Origin: Octopus vulgaris
Taxonomy: Eukaryota
Reading direction: 5' to 3'
DNA: 64,000 nt
Assembly (NCBI GenBank): GCA_951406725.2
Contig: OX597833.1
Span: 48,050,001-48,114,000, forward strand
The notes under the pieces are model-generated. The model ran no database searches. It was given only the letters and a program-made list of their open reading frames with translations, and was not told where the DNA came from. The translations under genes were made by a program, and so were the position numbers. Shown here piece by piece: positions 13,633 through 26,484 of this stretch; position 1 is the first letter of the stretch; each line of letters opens with the position of its first letter.

Positions 13633-13841
13633 TATGTTTGACTTTTGCTTTATGTCTGTACAAGTTGGCTCCAAGTCTCACCCAGAGACCTCAAGAGACA
13701 ACAGGTTGGAAGTTCTGTGCCATATATTTGTTTTTTTTTTTTTTTTGGTGTTGTACTAGTGAATGTCTAATACATAAAAATAAAATTTTAAAAAAATAAA
13801 AATTAAAAAAAAGTTTGTTTTAAACCTTGGGATTACATAGA

Positions 13842-13908
<67 letters not shown>

Positions 13909-14174
13909 ATTAAGAACTGTTAGCTGGCAGAACCATTAGCACACTGAGAATAAAATGCTTAGTGGCATTTTGTACATCTTTATGTTCTGAGTTCAAATTC
14001 TGCTAAGGTCCACTTTGCCTTTCGTCCTTTTGGGGGTTGATAAATTAAGTACCAACTGAGCACTCAGGTCAATATAATCAACTTACTCCCTCCTCCAAAC
14101 TGCTAGCCTTGTGCCAAAATTCAAAACCATTATTATTGTTGTTGTTGTTGTTGTTGTTATTATTATTAGTATTA

Positions 14175-14224
<50 letters not shown>

Positions 14225-14500
14225 GAGTGAGAGAGCAGTTCATGCCATCAAAGTGACACTGGGGTAAAATATACGAAGCCCAATATACCCATCATGACTA
14301 CCCGTCTGATAAGGGTACACCAGGCACATGCATCACAACCATATGTGCGCGACATGGTGATCTCATATCAAGATAAACAGCACATGACCTTGCAGGTGAG
14401 GCCCAGTTAGAATTTTCTTCAGGTTGAGTAGCCCATCCCGCTCAAAAGGTCCCTGAATAAGGGTTGTTTAAGGATGTTGAAAGAACCACCCATGTTTCCA

Positions 14501-14560
<60 letters not shown>

Positions 14561-15003
14561 CATTATTATTATTATTATTATTATTATCATTATTATTGTT
14601 TAGATGACATGCTGGTAGAATTGTTAGAGCAACACAAAAAACTGCTTTGTGGCATTTCTTCCAGCTCTTTATGTTCCTTCCGAGTTCAAATTCTGCTGCG
14701 GTCGACTTTAGCTTTCATCCTTTTGGTTGAGCACTGGTTGGGGGTGGGATGGGTGTGATGCAATTCCCCAACTCCTGCTAAAATTTACTGCCATTGTGCC
14801 AAAGCAGCAAGCTAGCAGAAATGTTTAGCAGAAATGTTCTTCCAGCTTTATGATCTGAGTTTCAATTCTGCCATGGTTGGTTTTGCCTTTTGTCCTTTTT
14901 GGGGTTGATAAAATAAGTATTAGTTGAGCACAGGGAAGGAGTAGGTGGGGGCAATGTCATTGACTAACTGCTTCCCACTAAAATTCTTGGCCTTGTTATT
15001 ATT

Positions 15004-15089
<86 letters not shown>

Positions 15090-15430
15090 CATTATTATTA
15101 TTATTATTATTATTGTTTAGATGACATGCTGGTAGAATTGTTAGAGCAACACAAAAAAGTGCTTTGTGGCATTTCTTTGTGGCATTGTTGTTGTTATCAA
15201 GGCGGTGAGCTGGCAGAATTGTTAGTGAGTCAGACAAAATGCTTTGTGGCATTTCGGCCATCTTTATTTTCTGAGTTCAATTTCTCCCACAGTTGATTTT
15301 GCCTTTCACTTTTTCGGGGTTGGAAAATTAAGTACTAGCTGTGCCTCTAGTAGAAAGGATTATTATAATTATTATTGTTGTTGTTGTTATTATTATTATT
15401 ATTATTTTTATTATTATTATCATTATTATC

Positions 15431-15486
<56 letters not shown>

Positions 15487-15735
15487 GAACTGTTAGCTGG
15501 CAGAACCATTAGCACATTGAGAATAAAATGCTTAGTGGCATTTTGTACATCTTTATGTTCTGAGTTCAAATTCTGCTAAGGTCCACTTTGCCTTTCGTCC
15601 TTTTGGGGTTGATAAATTAAGTACCAACTGAGCACTCAGGTCAATATAATCAACTTACCCCCTCCCCTAAACGGCTAGCCTTGTACCAAAATTCGAAACC
15701 GTTATTATTGTTGTTGTTGTTGTTATTATTATTAT

Positions 15736-15775
<40 letters not shown>
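13128..15775. repeat. Cluster of (ATT)n/(GTT)n microsatellites interleaved with SINEs
   Basis: At least seven long TAT runs. Confidence 0.9.
13631..13848 (-). mobile_element. Probable R4/Dong-type LINE 3' end within a (TAA)n tract
   Basis: Minus strand ends ILSM*, then ttgaggtctctgggtgagacttgg; flanked on both sides by (ATT)n. Family assignment is by recall. Confidence 0.5.
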
Positions 15776-15777
<2 letters not shown>

Positions 15778-16269
15778 TTCTTTATATTCCTATATACTTC
15801 TTTTATTCCTTTGCTTGTTTCAGTCGTTTTCACTGCGGCCATGCTGGAGCACCACCTTTAAAGTTTATTTAAGGAGGATGAACAAGACACCCATGTTTTC
15901 ACAGAGGGGAATTATTCAAACCCCAAAGAATTCCTCTCAACACATGGCTATGTTGCTCCTCCACTACTTCTGCTCATGAAGTGTGTCCAACTACTTAACA
16001 CAGATGGGCATAAAAAATTGTCTCTCACTCTCCCTATAGTTCAGACCTTGTTCCCTGTCCTTATTCCATGAAAAATGGAATAAGGACATTTTATAGGCAT
16101 TGTCTGTCCTGCACCAAGAAAATGCAGCAGTTCTCAGTTCCATCTTTGTATCTAACTCCTTAACAAAGATGGGCATCAAAACTCCCTCACTCTCTCTATA
16201 GTTCAGACCTTGTTCCCTGTGAATTTTGGTTGCTCCACAAGCTGAAGGAGAACATGAAGGAAGCTGTGG

Positions 16270-16440
16270 CAAGGGTCCTGGACACCTTCACTTCCAAAAG
16301 CAGTCTGGAGTACTTCATAAGTTTCTGTTGCATTTTTGCCCAATTTAACACAAAGCTTTATTGCATAGCAAACTTCCGAAATTGTCTTCACATCCTGACT
16401 GTATTCATGATAAGCATGTGCTAAATAGTGCTCTCTCTCT
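16270..16440 (-). mobile_element. mariner transposase N-terminal fragment
   Basis: YAIKLCVKLGKNATETYEVLQTAFG, a mariner HTH, in ORF 16203..16445. Confidence 0.75.
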
Positions 16441-16642
16441 GTCAATCTGAAATAAGAAGTGGCAGGTCAGCTTATTAGCTGTATAGTAATGATATCCTAA
16501 AATCACAATAATCTAGGACAGTTATTACTGCCTCTCCTAAAAAGTCTCAAAACTTCTGGAATGCGCATCATAGATAAGTTTCAGGGCTTTAATGTGCAGA
16601 ATCTGTAGTTGCAATTATTTAGTATCAATCTCAGAGCACCTA

Positions 16643-17111
16643 TCATTATCATCATCACCACCACGACCACCACCACCATTGTCATTGTCATTGTCATCGT
16701 CGTTGTCATCATCATCAGCATCAACATCGCCATTGTCATCATCATCATCACTATTGTTGCCATCATCATCATCATCATCATCATCACCATTGTCATTGTC
16801 ATCATCGTTGTCGTCGTCATCATCATCAAATCAACATATCATTGTCATCATCATCATCATCACCATTGTCATTGTCATCATCGTTGTCGTCGTCATCATC
16901 ATCAGCATCAACATCATTGTCATCATCATCATCATCATCATCATCATCACTGTTGTTGCCATCGTCATCATCATTGTTGCTGTCAGTATCGTCATCATCA
17001 TCATCATCATCAGCATCAACATCATCATTGTCGTCATCATTATCATTATCATCATTATTGTTGTTGCCATCATCTCTGTCGTCATCATTGTTGTCATCGT
17101 CATTGTCATTG

Positions 17112-17143
<32 letters not shown>

Positions 17144-17148
17144 TTCAT
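16643..17148. repeat. Compound (CAT/TGT)n microsatellite
   Basis: Degenerate atc/gtc triplets that generate the spurious poly-H/I/S/M ORFs. Confidence 0.95.
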
Positions 17149-17852
17149 TTAATGTCTAATGCCCACGTTCCCTGCTTGGAGGGGTTAGACAGTTTGACAG
17201 GATCCAATGGGTCCAAGGATCATGCGAAGTTCCAGTGTCTGCTTTGGCATGGTTTCTATGACTGAATGCCCTCCTTGATGCAAACCATTTTCACAGTAAA
17301 TAACTGGGTACTTTTTTTTTCTTTCTACTGGCACTAATGAAGTTGCCATGGAGCTTGCAAGAAAACAGAACTATGAAAGAAAGGAAGGAGGTGATGATAG
17401 GGCAAACAGATTCTTGTTGAGGAGCTACATGCTTCCTGACCTTTAAGAGAGAGCATTAGAATGATCAGTAAGAACTGCATTTATTGTATATCTGTTTTGT
17501 AGATGCAGTATGGTTGAATGGTTAAAAAAAAAAGGCTCAATTTTCAAACCTGAGGTGCTGGGTTCAAATCTAAGGCAATAGTAAAAGATACTTGCTTTAG
17601 ATTGATCAAAGCCTTGTGAGGGAAAATGGGTTGATGGAAATTGTGCGGAAGCAGTGGTGTAGTAGTTAGAGGTGTGTGCCACCTGGAGTTTGTTTATGAA
17701 CCCCACTACCTGGGAATGCAGCTTCTACAGAGTTATACAGCAAGCTCAAAAGTGCTGCTCTCATACAAGTGTCAGCTGAAGCTGGAATGGATCATCCACC
17801 TCACCTGCTCCCTAGCAGGTGTGAAAGGAAATAAAGATAGGATAGGATAAAG

Positions 17853-18071
17853 CAGTGCTTTTCAAACTTTTTGCTGGAGCGGAACCGCAAGGAAACATTC
17901 CACTGGCTCGAGGAACCCCTGTGCAATAATTTAATAGTCTTATGCACAAATATCTGCACAGGAGAATTAAAAATTACTGCAGATTTTAGCAGTTTTGTTA
18001 CTTCTTGCAGAACCCCTGGACTGTACTGGCGGAACCCTAAGGTTCCATGGAACCCTGGTTGAAAACCACAG
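17853..18071. mobile_element. hAT-type MITE
   Basis: TIRs CAGTGCTTTTCAA...TTGAAAACCACAG with 8-bp target-site duplication GGATAAAG on both sides. Confidence 0.85.
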
Positions 18072-19408
18072 GGATAAAGGATAAAGATCCTTAACCTGAG
18101 TTATGTAGACTCATAGTGCAATTTCCCAGGTTTCTGTGGCAAACATATTCCTCCCTGGATGGGACACCGGTCTGTCACAGAATTATTCAGTTTTGCCAGC
18201 TGAATAAACTAGACCAACACAAAATGCAGTGTTTTTGCTCAAGAACACATCATGTCACCTGGTCCAGGAATTGAAACCACAATCTTATGATCACGAGTCC
18301 AACACCCTTACCACTAAACCACCTGCTTTAAATCTATCCAAGAGCATAAAGGCATTGGATAGATTTAAATGTAATTCAAAGGTACAGCTTTATCACATGC
18401 TATATCACATTGGTTCTACCTGAGGATAATGTTAAAGGTACACACGCCTATAAAATGAATGCTCAGGTGCTTACATACTAATTCAATAAGCAATTAATCC
18501 AGGTGATTAAACAACAGAATCGTCTTGATCAAAACCAATAGAGACCTGTTCAACTATTACAACACCTGTTCTATTGTAATGTTAATTACACCTTCAGTTA
18601 TCATTACCTGGTGAACTTCTCTTACACATCACCATTTCTTCTCTGCTTTCCTGTTCTAGAAATTAATTTTATTACGACAACGTTTGTAACAATAAATATA
18701 AAAGGAGGAAATGGGATGTTGTGTCTTTCATGCCCTTTTTTTTTTATTAATATAAAAGTATCAATTAGCATAAGTTAAATAAAATAGTTTCAGACAGTAT
18801 TGGATTTGGCTAGGTGGATCCACTGTTACTCTCTCTCTCTCAGTCCCCCCTCTCTCTGACCCACTCTCTCTCTGTCCCTCTCTCTCCATCCCACTCTCTC
18901 CGTCCCTCTCTCTCTCACCCACTCTCTCTCTCTGCATGCATTCATATATATCATCATCATCATCATTTCATTTAATGTTTGCTTTCCATGCCAACACATG
19001 TTGGGCAGTAATACATATATACGTCCGACTGTCCTTCAGGACACTAGCAACCCTAGGGCCGACGCTGCCCATCTGCCCATCATATGTGTGTGTGTGTTTG
19101 TTTATATTTATAAATGAAGTGACTGAGACCTTTGCTAATTTGCTATGCTTGAGAAGAACACCCATCAAGCCAAGTGAAATCATAGTCATGGCATATACTG
19201 GTGTCACACAAATGGCACCCATGCCGGTGGCGTGTAAAAGCACCCATTACACTCTTGGAGTCGTTGGCATTAGGAAGAATAACCCTCCATAGAAGCCATG
19301 CCAAATCAGACAGGAGTCTGATACGGCTTTCAGCTTACCAGCCCATATCAAATTGTCCAACCCATGCCAGCATGGTCAAATGGACACTAAGTGATGATGA
19401 TGTTGTGA

Positions 19409-19489
<81 letters not shown>

Positions 19490-19586
19490 TTTTAGATATA
19501 AATGATGTACTTAAATGGAGTTATGTTTTTAGCTTCTGCTTTTTCCATAGTCACATGTGAGTATTTTATTTATATTCCCTCGTAAG

Positions 19587-19646
19587 CTCTACTGACGAAG
19601 AATGTATCCTTTATAGGATTAATTCCGAAATTGATTCAATATAGTG
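19587..19646 (+). ncRNA. Type-I hammerhead ribozyme motif
   Basis: ctcta-CTGACGA-aGAAT gt ATCCT ttat AGGAT ta ATTCc-GAA-ATTGA t TCAAT-A-tagtg. Confidence 0.65.
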
Positions 19647-20019
19647 ATAACGAAATTTAAATTTTCTAAAGGTTAGTTGCCCGCTTTCAGTTCAATTTTC
19701 CTGTAACAAGTGGATTATAAGTGGATAAATCAGTGTATTGGCTTTAGAATAACCCTCTTTAGCCCTTAATTATAAGATGTTTATACTTCAACCGTAAAGG
19801 TTTTTTTAATATACTGCCACGCTTTTTGATGGAATCCTTTTTCTGTAGAGAAAGGGACTTCATCCTATATTGTTATATATATATATATATAGTTAATCCA
19901 AACATAAACAAAGAGAAAACACAACAACGTGAGGACATGGAACAAGTATAGTGTTATTGGATGCTCAGGAAAGGTAAGAAAGAAGGAGGATTTAACGTGT
20001 CGAGCTCCACTCAAAACAT

Positions 20020-20053
<34 letters not shown>

Positions 20054-20137
20054 TCCTCAGTCAAATCGTCCAAACCCATGCTAGCATGGAAAGTGGATGT
20101 TAAATGATGATGATGTACAGACTTTTGTTCCAGTCAA

Positions 20138-20174
<37 letters not shown>

Positions 20175-22589
20175 TGTGTATGTGTATGTGTGTGTATGTG
20201 TGTGTTTGTGTTTGTTCCCCTCCACTGCTTGATAACCAATGTTGGTTTGTTTATATCCCTGTAACTTAGCAGTTTGACAAATGACACTGATAGAATAAGT
20301 ACCAGACTTAAAAAATAAGTGCTAGGATTGATTAGTTCAACTAAAGTCAGTCTAATGACTGAAACAAGTGAAAGACAGAAGATTCAGTGTCTGTTCTGGC
20401 CTGATCTTATTCAGGGTGTATTTAATGGACAAATAAATTGTACAGAATTGCAATTCTTTCTACTGTAGGCACAAAGTGAGACCCCCTTCGGTTATGACTG
20501 ACCGTGGGATTGCACCTAGAAAGTTACTCTCCCAGGCACAAGTCCAGGCAAGGTTATTTATGGAAGACCAGCAGTCACGAATGCATACCAGCCTTCCCTC
20601 TCCAATGCCACCAATGTTATCCAAGGGAAAGGCAAAGGCCGATACAGCTTGGCACCTGTGATGTCGCAACTCATTTCTAGAGCTGGGTGAACTGGAGCAA
20701 CGGGAAAGAAAGTGTCTTGCTCAAGAACACAACACACAGCCCGGTCCAGGATTCGAACTCACAACCTCACGATCGTAAGCTCGATGCTCTAACCATGTGC
20801 CTTCACACTGAAGGCACAAGGTCTGAGATTTCAAGGATGGAATGGTCAGGCAATTACATTGACCCCAGTTGTTCAGCTAGTAATTATTTTATCCACCCCT
20901 ACAAAAAAAAAAAATAAAAGTCTATCTTGGCAGAATTTGAATTCAGAATGTAATGAGTTGGAAGAAATACCGCAAAGTATTTTTTAACGGCACTCTAACA
21001 ATTCAGCCAGCTTGCCGCCTTATTGTACAGAACTATGGTAAAATGGAAATAAGCAGAACAAAAATTTCAGCACACGAAAAATAAATAAAATAAATAAATA
21101 CATAAATAAATAAATAAATACATAAAATCTGCTTCTGAGGAATGTTAAAAGAAAAGAAATAATGTTTTAACATGACTGATCAATACTGTGGCCTGCCAAA
21201 AAAGTATAACAACTTAATTACTTAGGTGTAAATCTATTGATAAAGTTAAGGAATTCTGAAAATCATAGATCTTTAGAGCACAACAACAATTGCCATTTCT
21301 GTGTTAATCATTAATAATTTATGGAATTTTCTTTTTGCATCTGTCAGTCAAACGATTATTCTGATTATATTGATTTTCTTTTGGGTGACAGATTTGAATG
21401 AATCATCGCATGTGCCTCCTTCCCACTGCTGACGAAAAAGAGATCGGCATTTCTTTCACGTCTTATCAATTCCCCTCTTAATGTTGTCACTCTTGACATA
21501 TTTCCAATAGAAGCCATTGCTAACAACGTCTGACATTGAAGAGAAAGATAGAGAGAGAGAGAGACAAGGGGGGGAATACATAGTAGGAGCATAAGACAAA
21601 AAGAAAGAAAGAAAAAAGAAGGGGAGATAAAGAGAGGAAAAAAAAGGAACAATAATAGATTGTTAAACAATGAGTATTATTATGAAAATAGCATAACCAT
21701 AAACAAAATCACTAAAATTGTTCCAAGAATTAATTTTATAATAAAGGGTTTGTTAAAAAAAAAAAAAAGCATAGACAATGTTGTTTTACAAATATTTTCA
21801 TTGCAGTGTGTGTCATTTTGTTAGTAGCAAATGGCTTATCTGAGATTAGTTGCTACTTAGCAACTGGAATTCTTGCGCTGCCAAAGAGCACATAATTATT
21901 ATGGATAAACAAAACAAGTTAAAAAAGAAATAAATACCTAAAAATTAAAGAAAGAAAGTAAAATTTTTTTCTTTCTTTCAGAAATCAGGAATAAAAGTGT
22001 TTTGTTGACAGGAAATGGAGTTAATGATACATATGAAGATTGGAGAAAATTGTTTGAATTTAAACGATACTAAATTTTTTTTTCTTTATTGACATCTGAA
22101 ATTATATGTAGTTAAACTACAAATTGGAATACAAGTATGTCTCTTTCTTCTTTTTTTTCTTTTTCTTTCCTTATCTTTCTAATTAAGGATCAGTGAATAT
22201 TGATTTTTCTGAAAAGGATTAATTAAGATCTCAGTTCAAGAGTGAGGAAGGAATGGAAAAGTGTGAAGTTTGCATCTTTTTCCTAGGGTTTTTAACAGCA
22301 TAAATTGCATGAAATAATTTCAGCAGAGAATTGAAACTGCATCTCAGATTTAATTATAATAGTCATCGCTGCGCTGCCAGTCAGGGAATATTGAAGAACT
22401 GAAAGACTAATAATAAAATAATTGTTATAATTTTACTCATGGTGTTTTAAGATATGTCTCAATCAAGTAATTAAAAAAAAAGAAAATTCCATCATGGAAT
22501 ATATATGCATTGGGTGCAGGCATTGGAATGTGGTTAAGAAGTGCACTTTATAACCATGTGGCGTCAGGTTCAGTTGCACTGTGTATCAT

Positions 22590-22975
22590 CTTCTTCTTCT
22601 TCTTCTTGTCTTGAGACAGCATTCACCCGGGTTGGGTTAAGCTGGCTTCATTCATCCTCAATGCTGCATCTCTCACAAACGCCAACCAGACCTGGCGATT
22701 TGAGGCTAACGACCGCGTGATCTCCAACCACTCCTTATTCCAGCAATGAACACCGTAGATATGGGGGCCTAGGTTGGGTTCCAGATCAGCCTTGACTGTC
22801 ATCAGCCAGGTTTTTCATTGTCCACCACATCGCTTTCGCCAACCCTGAAGGGGAGCTGGGGCAATTACTTTGTAGATGAATTCTTCTGGTTGACGATGGA
22901 GGGCACGATCCAGCCAACGCAGACGTCTCGTTAGGATGACTTGTCGGAGGGAGGTGATTTTGCACTGGTGTCACA
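22590..22975 (-). mobile_element. RTE-group LINE 3' fragment inserted in a CORE-SINE
   Basis: Minus-strand RLRWLDRALH...GWRKRCGGQ*KTWLMTVKADL...LASNRQVW; (GAA)n tail; SINE halves on both sides. Confidence 0.75.
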
Positions 22976-23644
22976 GCAGTGCATCACCTTGGGCAAGTAT
23001 CTTCTACTATAGCCTTGGGTTGACCAATATCTTGTGAGTGAATTTGGTAGACAGAAACTGTGTGGCGGCGAGTTGGCAGAAGCGTTAGCATGCCGGGCAC
23101 AATGCTTAGCGTTATTTCGTCTGCCGTTACGTTCTGAGTTCAAATTCTGCCAAGGTCGACTTTACCTTTCATCCTTCCGGGGTCGATAAATTAAGTACCA
23201 GTTATGCACTGGGGTCGATGTAAGTGACTTAATCTCTTTGTCTGTCCTCGTTTGTCCCCTCTATGTTTAGCCCCTTGTGGGCAATAAAGAAATAAGAAAC
23301 TGTGAGGAAGTTTGTCATGTATGTGTGTGTGTGTGTGTGCATGTGCATTTGATATGCTTGTGTGTGTGTGAGTGATGGCGCATGACATAGTGGCTGGAGT
23401 ATTCATTTCATGATCGTAAGGTCATGTGTTCAATTCGTGGCAGTGCCTTGTGTCCTTGAGCAAGACACTTTATTTCACATTTCCCCAGTCCATTCTGCTG
23501 GCAAAAATTAGTTGTACCTGTAATTGAAAAGGCCAGGCTTGTCACATTCCTTGTTATGCTGAATCTCCCAGAGGACTATGTTAAGAGTACATGTCTCTGT
23601 GGAGTGCTCAGCCACTTGCATGTTAATATCATGAGCAATATATA

Positions 23645-24040
23645 CATGTGTGTGTGTGCGTGTGTGTGTGTGTGTGTGTTGTGTGTGTGAAAGTGGGTGT
23701 ATGTGTTGTGTCTGTGTGTATGTGTGTGTGTGAGAGCATGTGTTTGTGTCTGTGTGTACATATGTGTGTGTTGTGTGTGTGTAAGTGTTGGTGTATGTGT
23801 TGTGTGTCTGTGTGTGTGTATGTGTGTGTGTGTGTGTGAGAGCATGTGTTTGTGTCTGTGTGTACATATGTGTGTGTTGTGTGTGTGTAAGTGTTGGTGT
23901 ATGTGTTGTGTGTCTGTGTGTGTGTATGTGTGTGTGTTGTGTGTGAATGTGTTGTGTATCTGTGTGTACATGTGTGTGTGTTGTGTGTAAGTTATGGTGT
24001 ATGTGTTGTGTGTCTGTGTGTACATGTGTGTGTGTGTGTA
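23645..24040. repeat. Compound (TG)n microsatellite
   Basis: Interrupted TG repeats with higher-order units. Confidence 0.95.
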
Positions 24041-24329
24041 AGAGTCTATATATGTCTTTCCTCCACCAGAAACAGTGTTGGTTTGTTTATGTTCTCATAA
24101 CTTAGTAATTCAGTGAAATAGACCCATAGAATAGGCACCAGACTTAAAAAAGTAAGTACTAGATTTTGGTTAAAAATTTGCTTGGCTAAAAACCTTCAAC
24201 GTGATGCCCCAGCATGGCCACAGTCCAAACGACTGAAATAAATAAAAGATAAAAGATTATACAATTCATTTTGACTCAGAGTTTGATTTTCATCTGGTCA
24301 TTTATTCAAACCAGTGGATGCTTATTTTT

Positions 24330-24990
24330 TATCATCATCATCATCATCATCATCATCGTTTAACGTCCGTTTTCCATGCTAGCATGGGTTGGATGGTTCA
24401 ACTGGGGTCTGGGAAGCCAGAAGGCTGTGCCAGGCCCAGTCTGATCTGGCAGTGTTTCTATGGCTGGATGCCCTTCATAGGGCCAACCACTCCGTGAGTG
24501 TAGTGGGTGCTTTTTACGTGCCAGACGAGGCTGGCAAACGGCCACGATTGGATGGTGCTTTTTATGTGCCACCTGCACAGGTGCCAGACGAGGCTGGCAC
24601 AGCACACGGCCACGATCGGATGGTGCTTTTTACGTGCCACCGGCACGGCGGCCAGACGAGGCTGGCAAACGGCCACGATTGGATGGTGCTTTTTATGTGC
24701 CACCTGCACAGGTGCCAGACGAGGCTGGCACAGCACACGGCCACGATTGGATGGTGCTTTTTACGTGCCACTGGCACGGCGGCCAGACGAGGCTGGCAAA
24801 CGGCCACGATCGGATGGTGCTATTTACGTGCCAGACAAGGCTGGCAAACGGCCACGATCGGATGGTGTATTTTAAACGTGCCACCGGCATGGAGGCCAGT
24901 CGGGGCGGCGCTGGCAACAGCCACGTTCGGATGGTTCTCTTATGTGCCATCGGCATTGATATCACAGCTACAATTTCCATTGATGTTCAT
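24330..24990 (-). mobile_element. Non-autonomous retroposon with RTE-like tail and internal minisatellite (many copies: 6838, 7810, 32515, 33320, 34845, 36551, 38158, 40001, 58820, 61865, 63685)
   Basis: Shared tail ggttggcgttaggaagggcatccag...gacgttaaac(gat)n; variable numbers of about 45-55-nt gtggcacgtaaaaagcacc units. Confidence 0.85.
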
Positions 24991-26177
24991 CGATTTATCA
25001 TTACTATTATTTAATCAAGGCAGCGAGCTGATAAATTCATTAGCACTCGGACAAAATGCTTAGTGGCATGTTGTCCATCTTCACGTTCTGAGTTCAAATT
25101 CTGCCGAGGTCAACTTTGCTTTTCAGATATGCAAGTGGTAATCTAATCATAGAGTGCACTTAAAGGAAAAAATCAGTAGAACATCAATGTTTGCAATGCA
25201 GTCTTATGCTTGTGGTAGATGAGAAGCTACCATGAAAAGTTATCAGATTTTATTAACCTTGGTACAGAGGGTGTGAGGTTGTTTACATGTTGTTCTCCAT
25301 CATGCTTATCAGGAAGTATCTATGTTGTAATTGGGTAATATTTGGTTATGGAAGATTAAGGTAGTTTGGTAGAATTCTGCTATATAACACTCTATATAAT
25401 TTCTTGTAACTTTTTTATCTTTTGGAATTTTTAGAAAATTTTTGCGAATTTGAGTTCTACACAGGAATTCATATGACTATGAAGAAAAAAAAAAAGTTTT
25501 AATTTTTCAAATCTAAAAATGAAATTTTTTTTAATTTTTAGAATTTTCTTTTTAAATCAGAGTTTAAAGTACAGACAGTATGAATTTTTTGCTTAAATTC
25601 CAGTAAACCATTAAATCTCTATATTGGGAGAAAGATATTGAAAACCATCAATATACCAGAGTGACAAAGAAATGAGGACAGTGTCAGATGGTCATGAGAT
25701 GTGCTAAAAATAGTAGCTAAATAGCTCTTAAATCACGCACAAAACTTCTGTTTTGGTTTTAGTTTTGGTTTTTGCATAATTGTATGAATTCTAGTGTGTA
25801 GAACACAAATTCACAAAACTTTTCTGAGAATTTCAAAAACTAAAAACAATTATGAGGGTTTATATGGGGGTGATTTAATCAGAATTCCACTGGTAGTTCA
25901 ACTAGAAAAAAAAGTCTTAATACAAATATAACAAGAAGCATGTTGTATAACAAGGTATATGACTTGATGCTGAAGGATAAATATAGGACGTAGAATGTGT
26001 TAATTATTTACAAAATGTTTGTTCTTGTTAATTGTATAAATCAACCACAAAAAGCCAAGAGAAAAACAAACAAAAATGTCCAGTACACTTGATTGTTAAA
26101 CAAAGGTTATGATTACATAAGGATGTGTCATGAATGTGTATGTAGACTTATATTCATTTATGTGTGTATATTAACTC

Positions 26178-26233
<56 letters not shown>

Positions 26234-26484
26234 AGTCTTTTTTTACTCTTTACTCTTTTACTTGTTTCAGTCATTTGACTGCGGCCATGCTGGAGCACCA
26301 CCTTTAGTCAAGCAAATCGACCCTAATTCTTTGGAAGCCTAGTACTTATTCTATCGGTCTCCTTTGTCGAACCGCTAGGTTACGGGGTACGTAAACACAC
26401 CAACATGAGTTGTCAAGCGATGTTGGGGTAACAAACACAGACACACAAACATATACACACACATATACATACATACACATATTC

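Noticed and set aside
14300-14325. cccgtCTGATAAGGGtacaCC motif
   Set aside because: It lacks G8 and the GAAA segment.
16581-17265. Long ORFs up to 218 aa (poly-His/Cys/Ile/Ser/Met)
   Set aside because: They are a (CAT)n compound microsatellite, open in several frames only because the repeat lacks stop codons.
24389-25063. 224-aa ORF and a CRISPR-like or coding tandem repeat
   Set aside because: It is the internal minisatellite of a multi-copy retroposon; there are no unique spacers and no cas genes, and frames are not conserved among copies.
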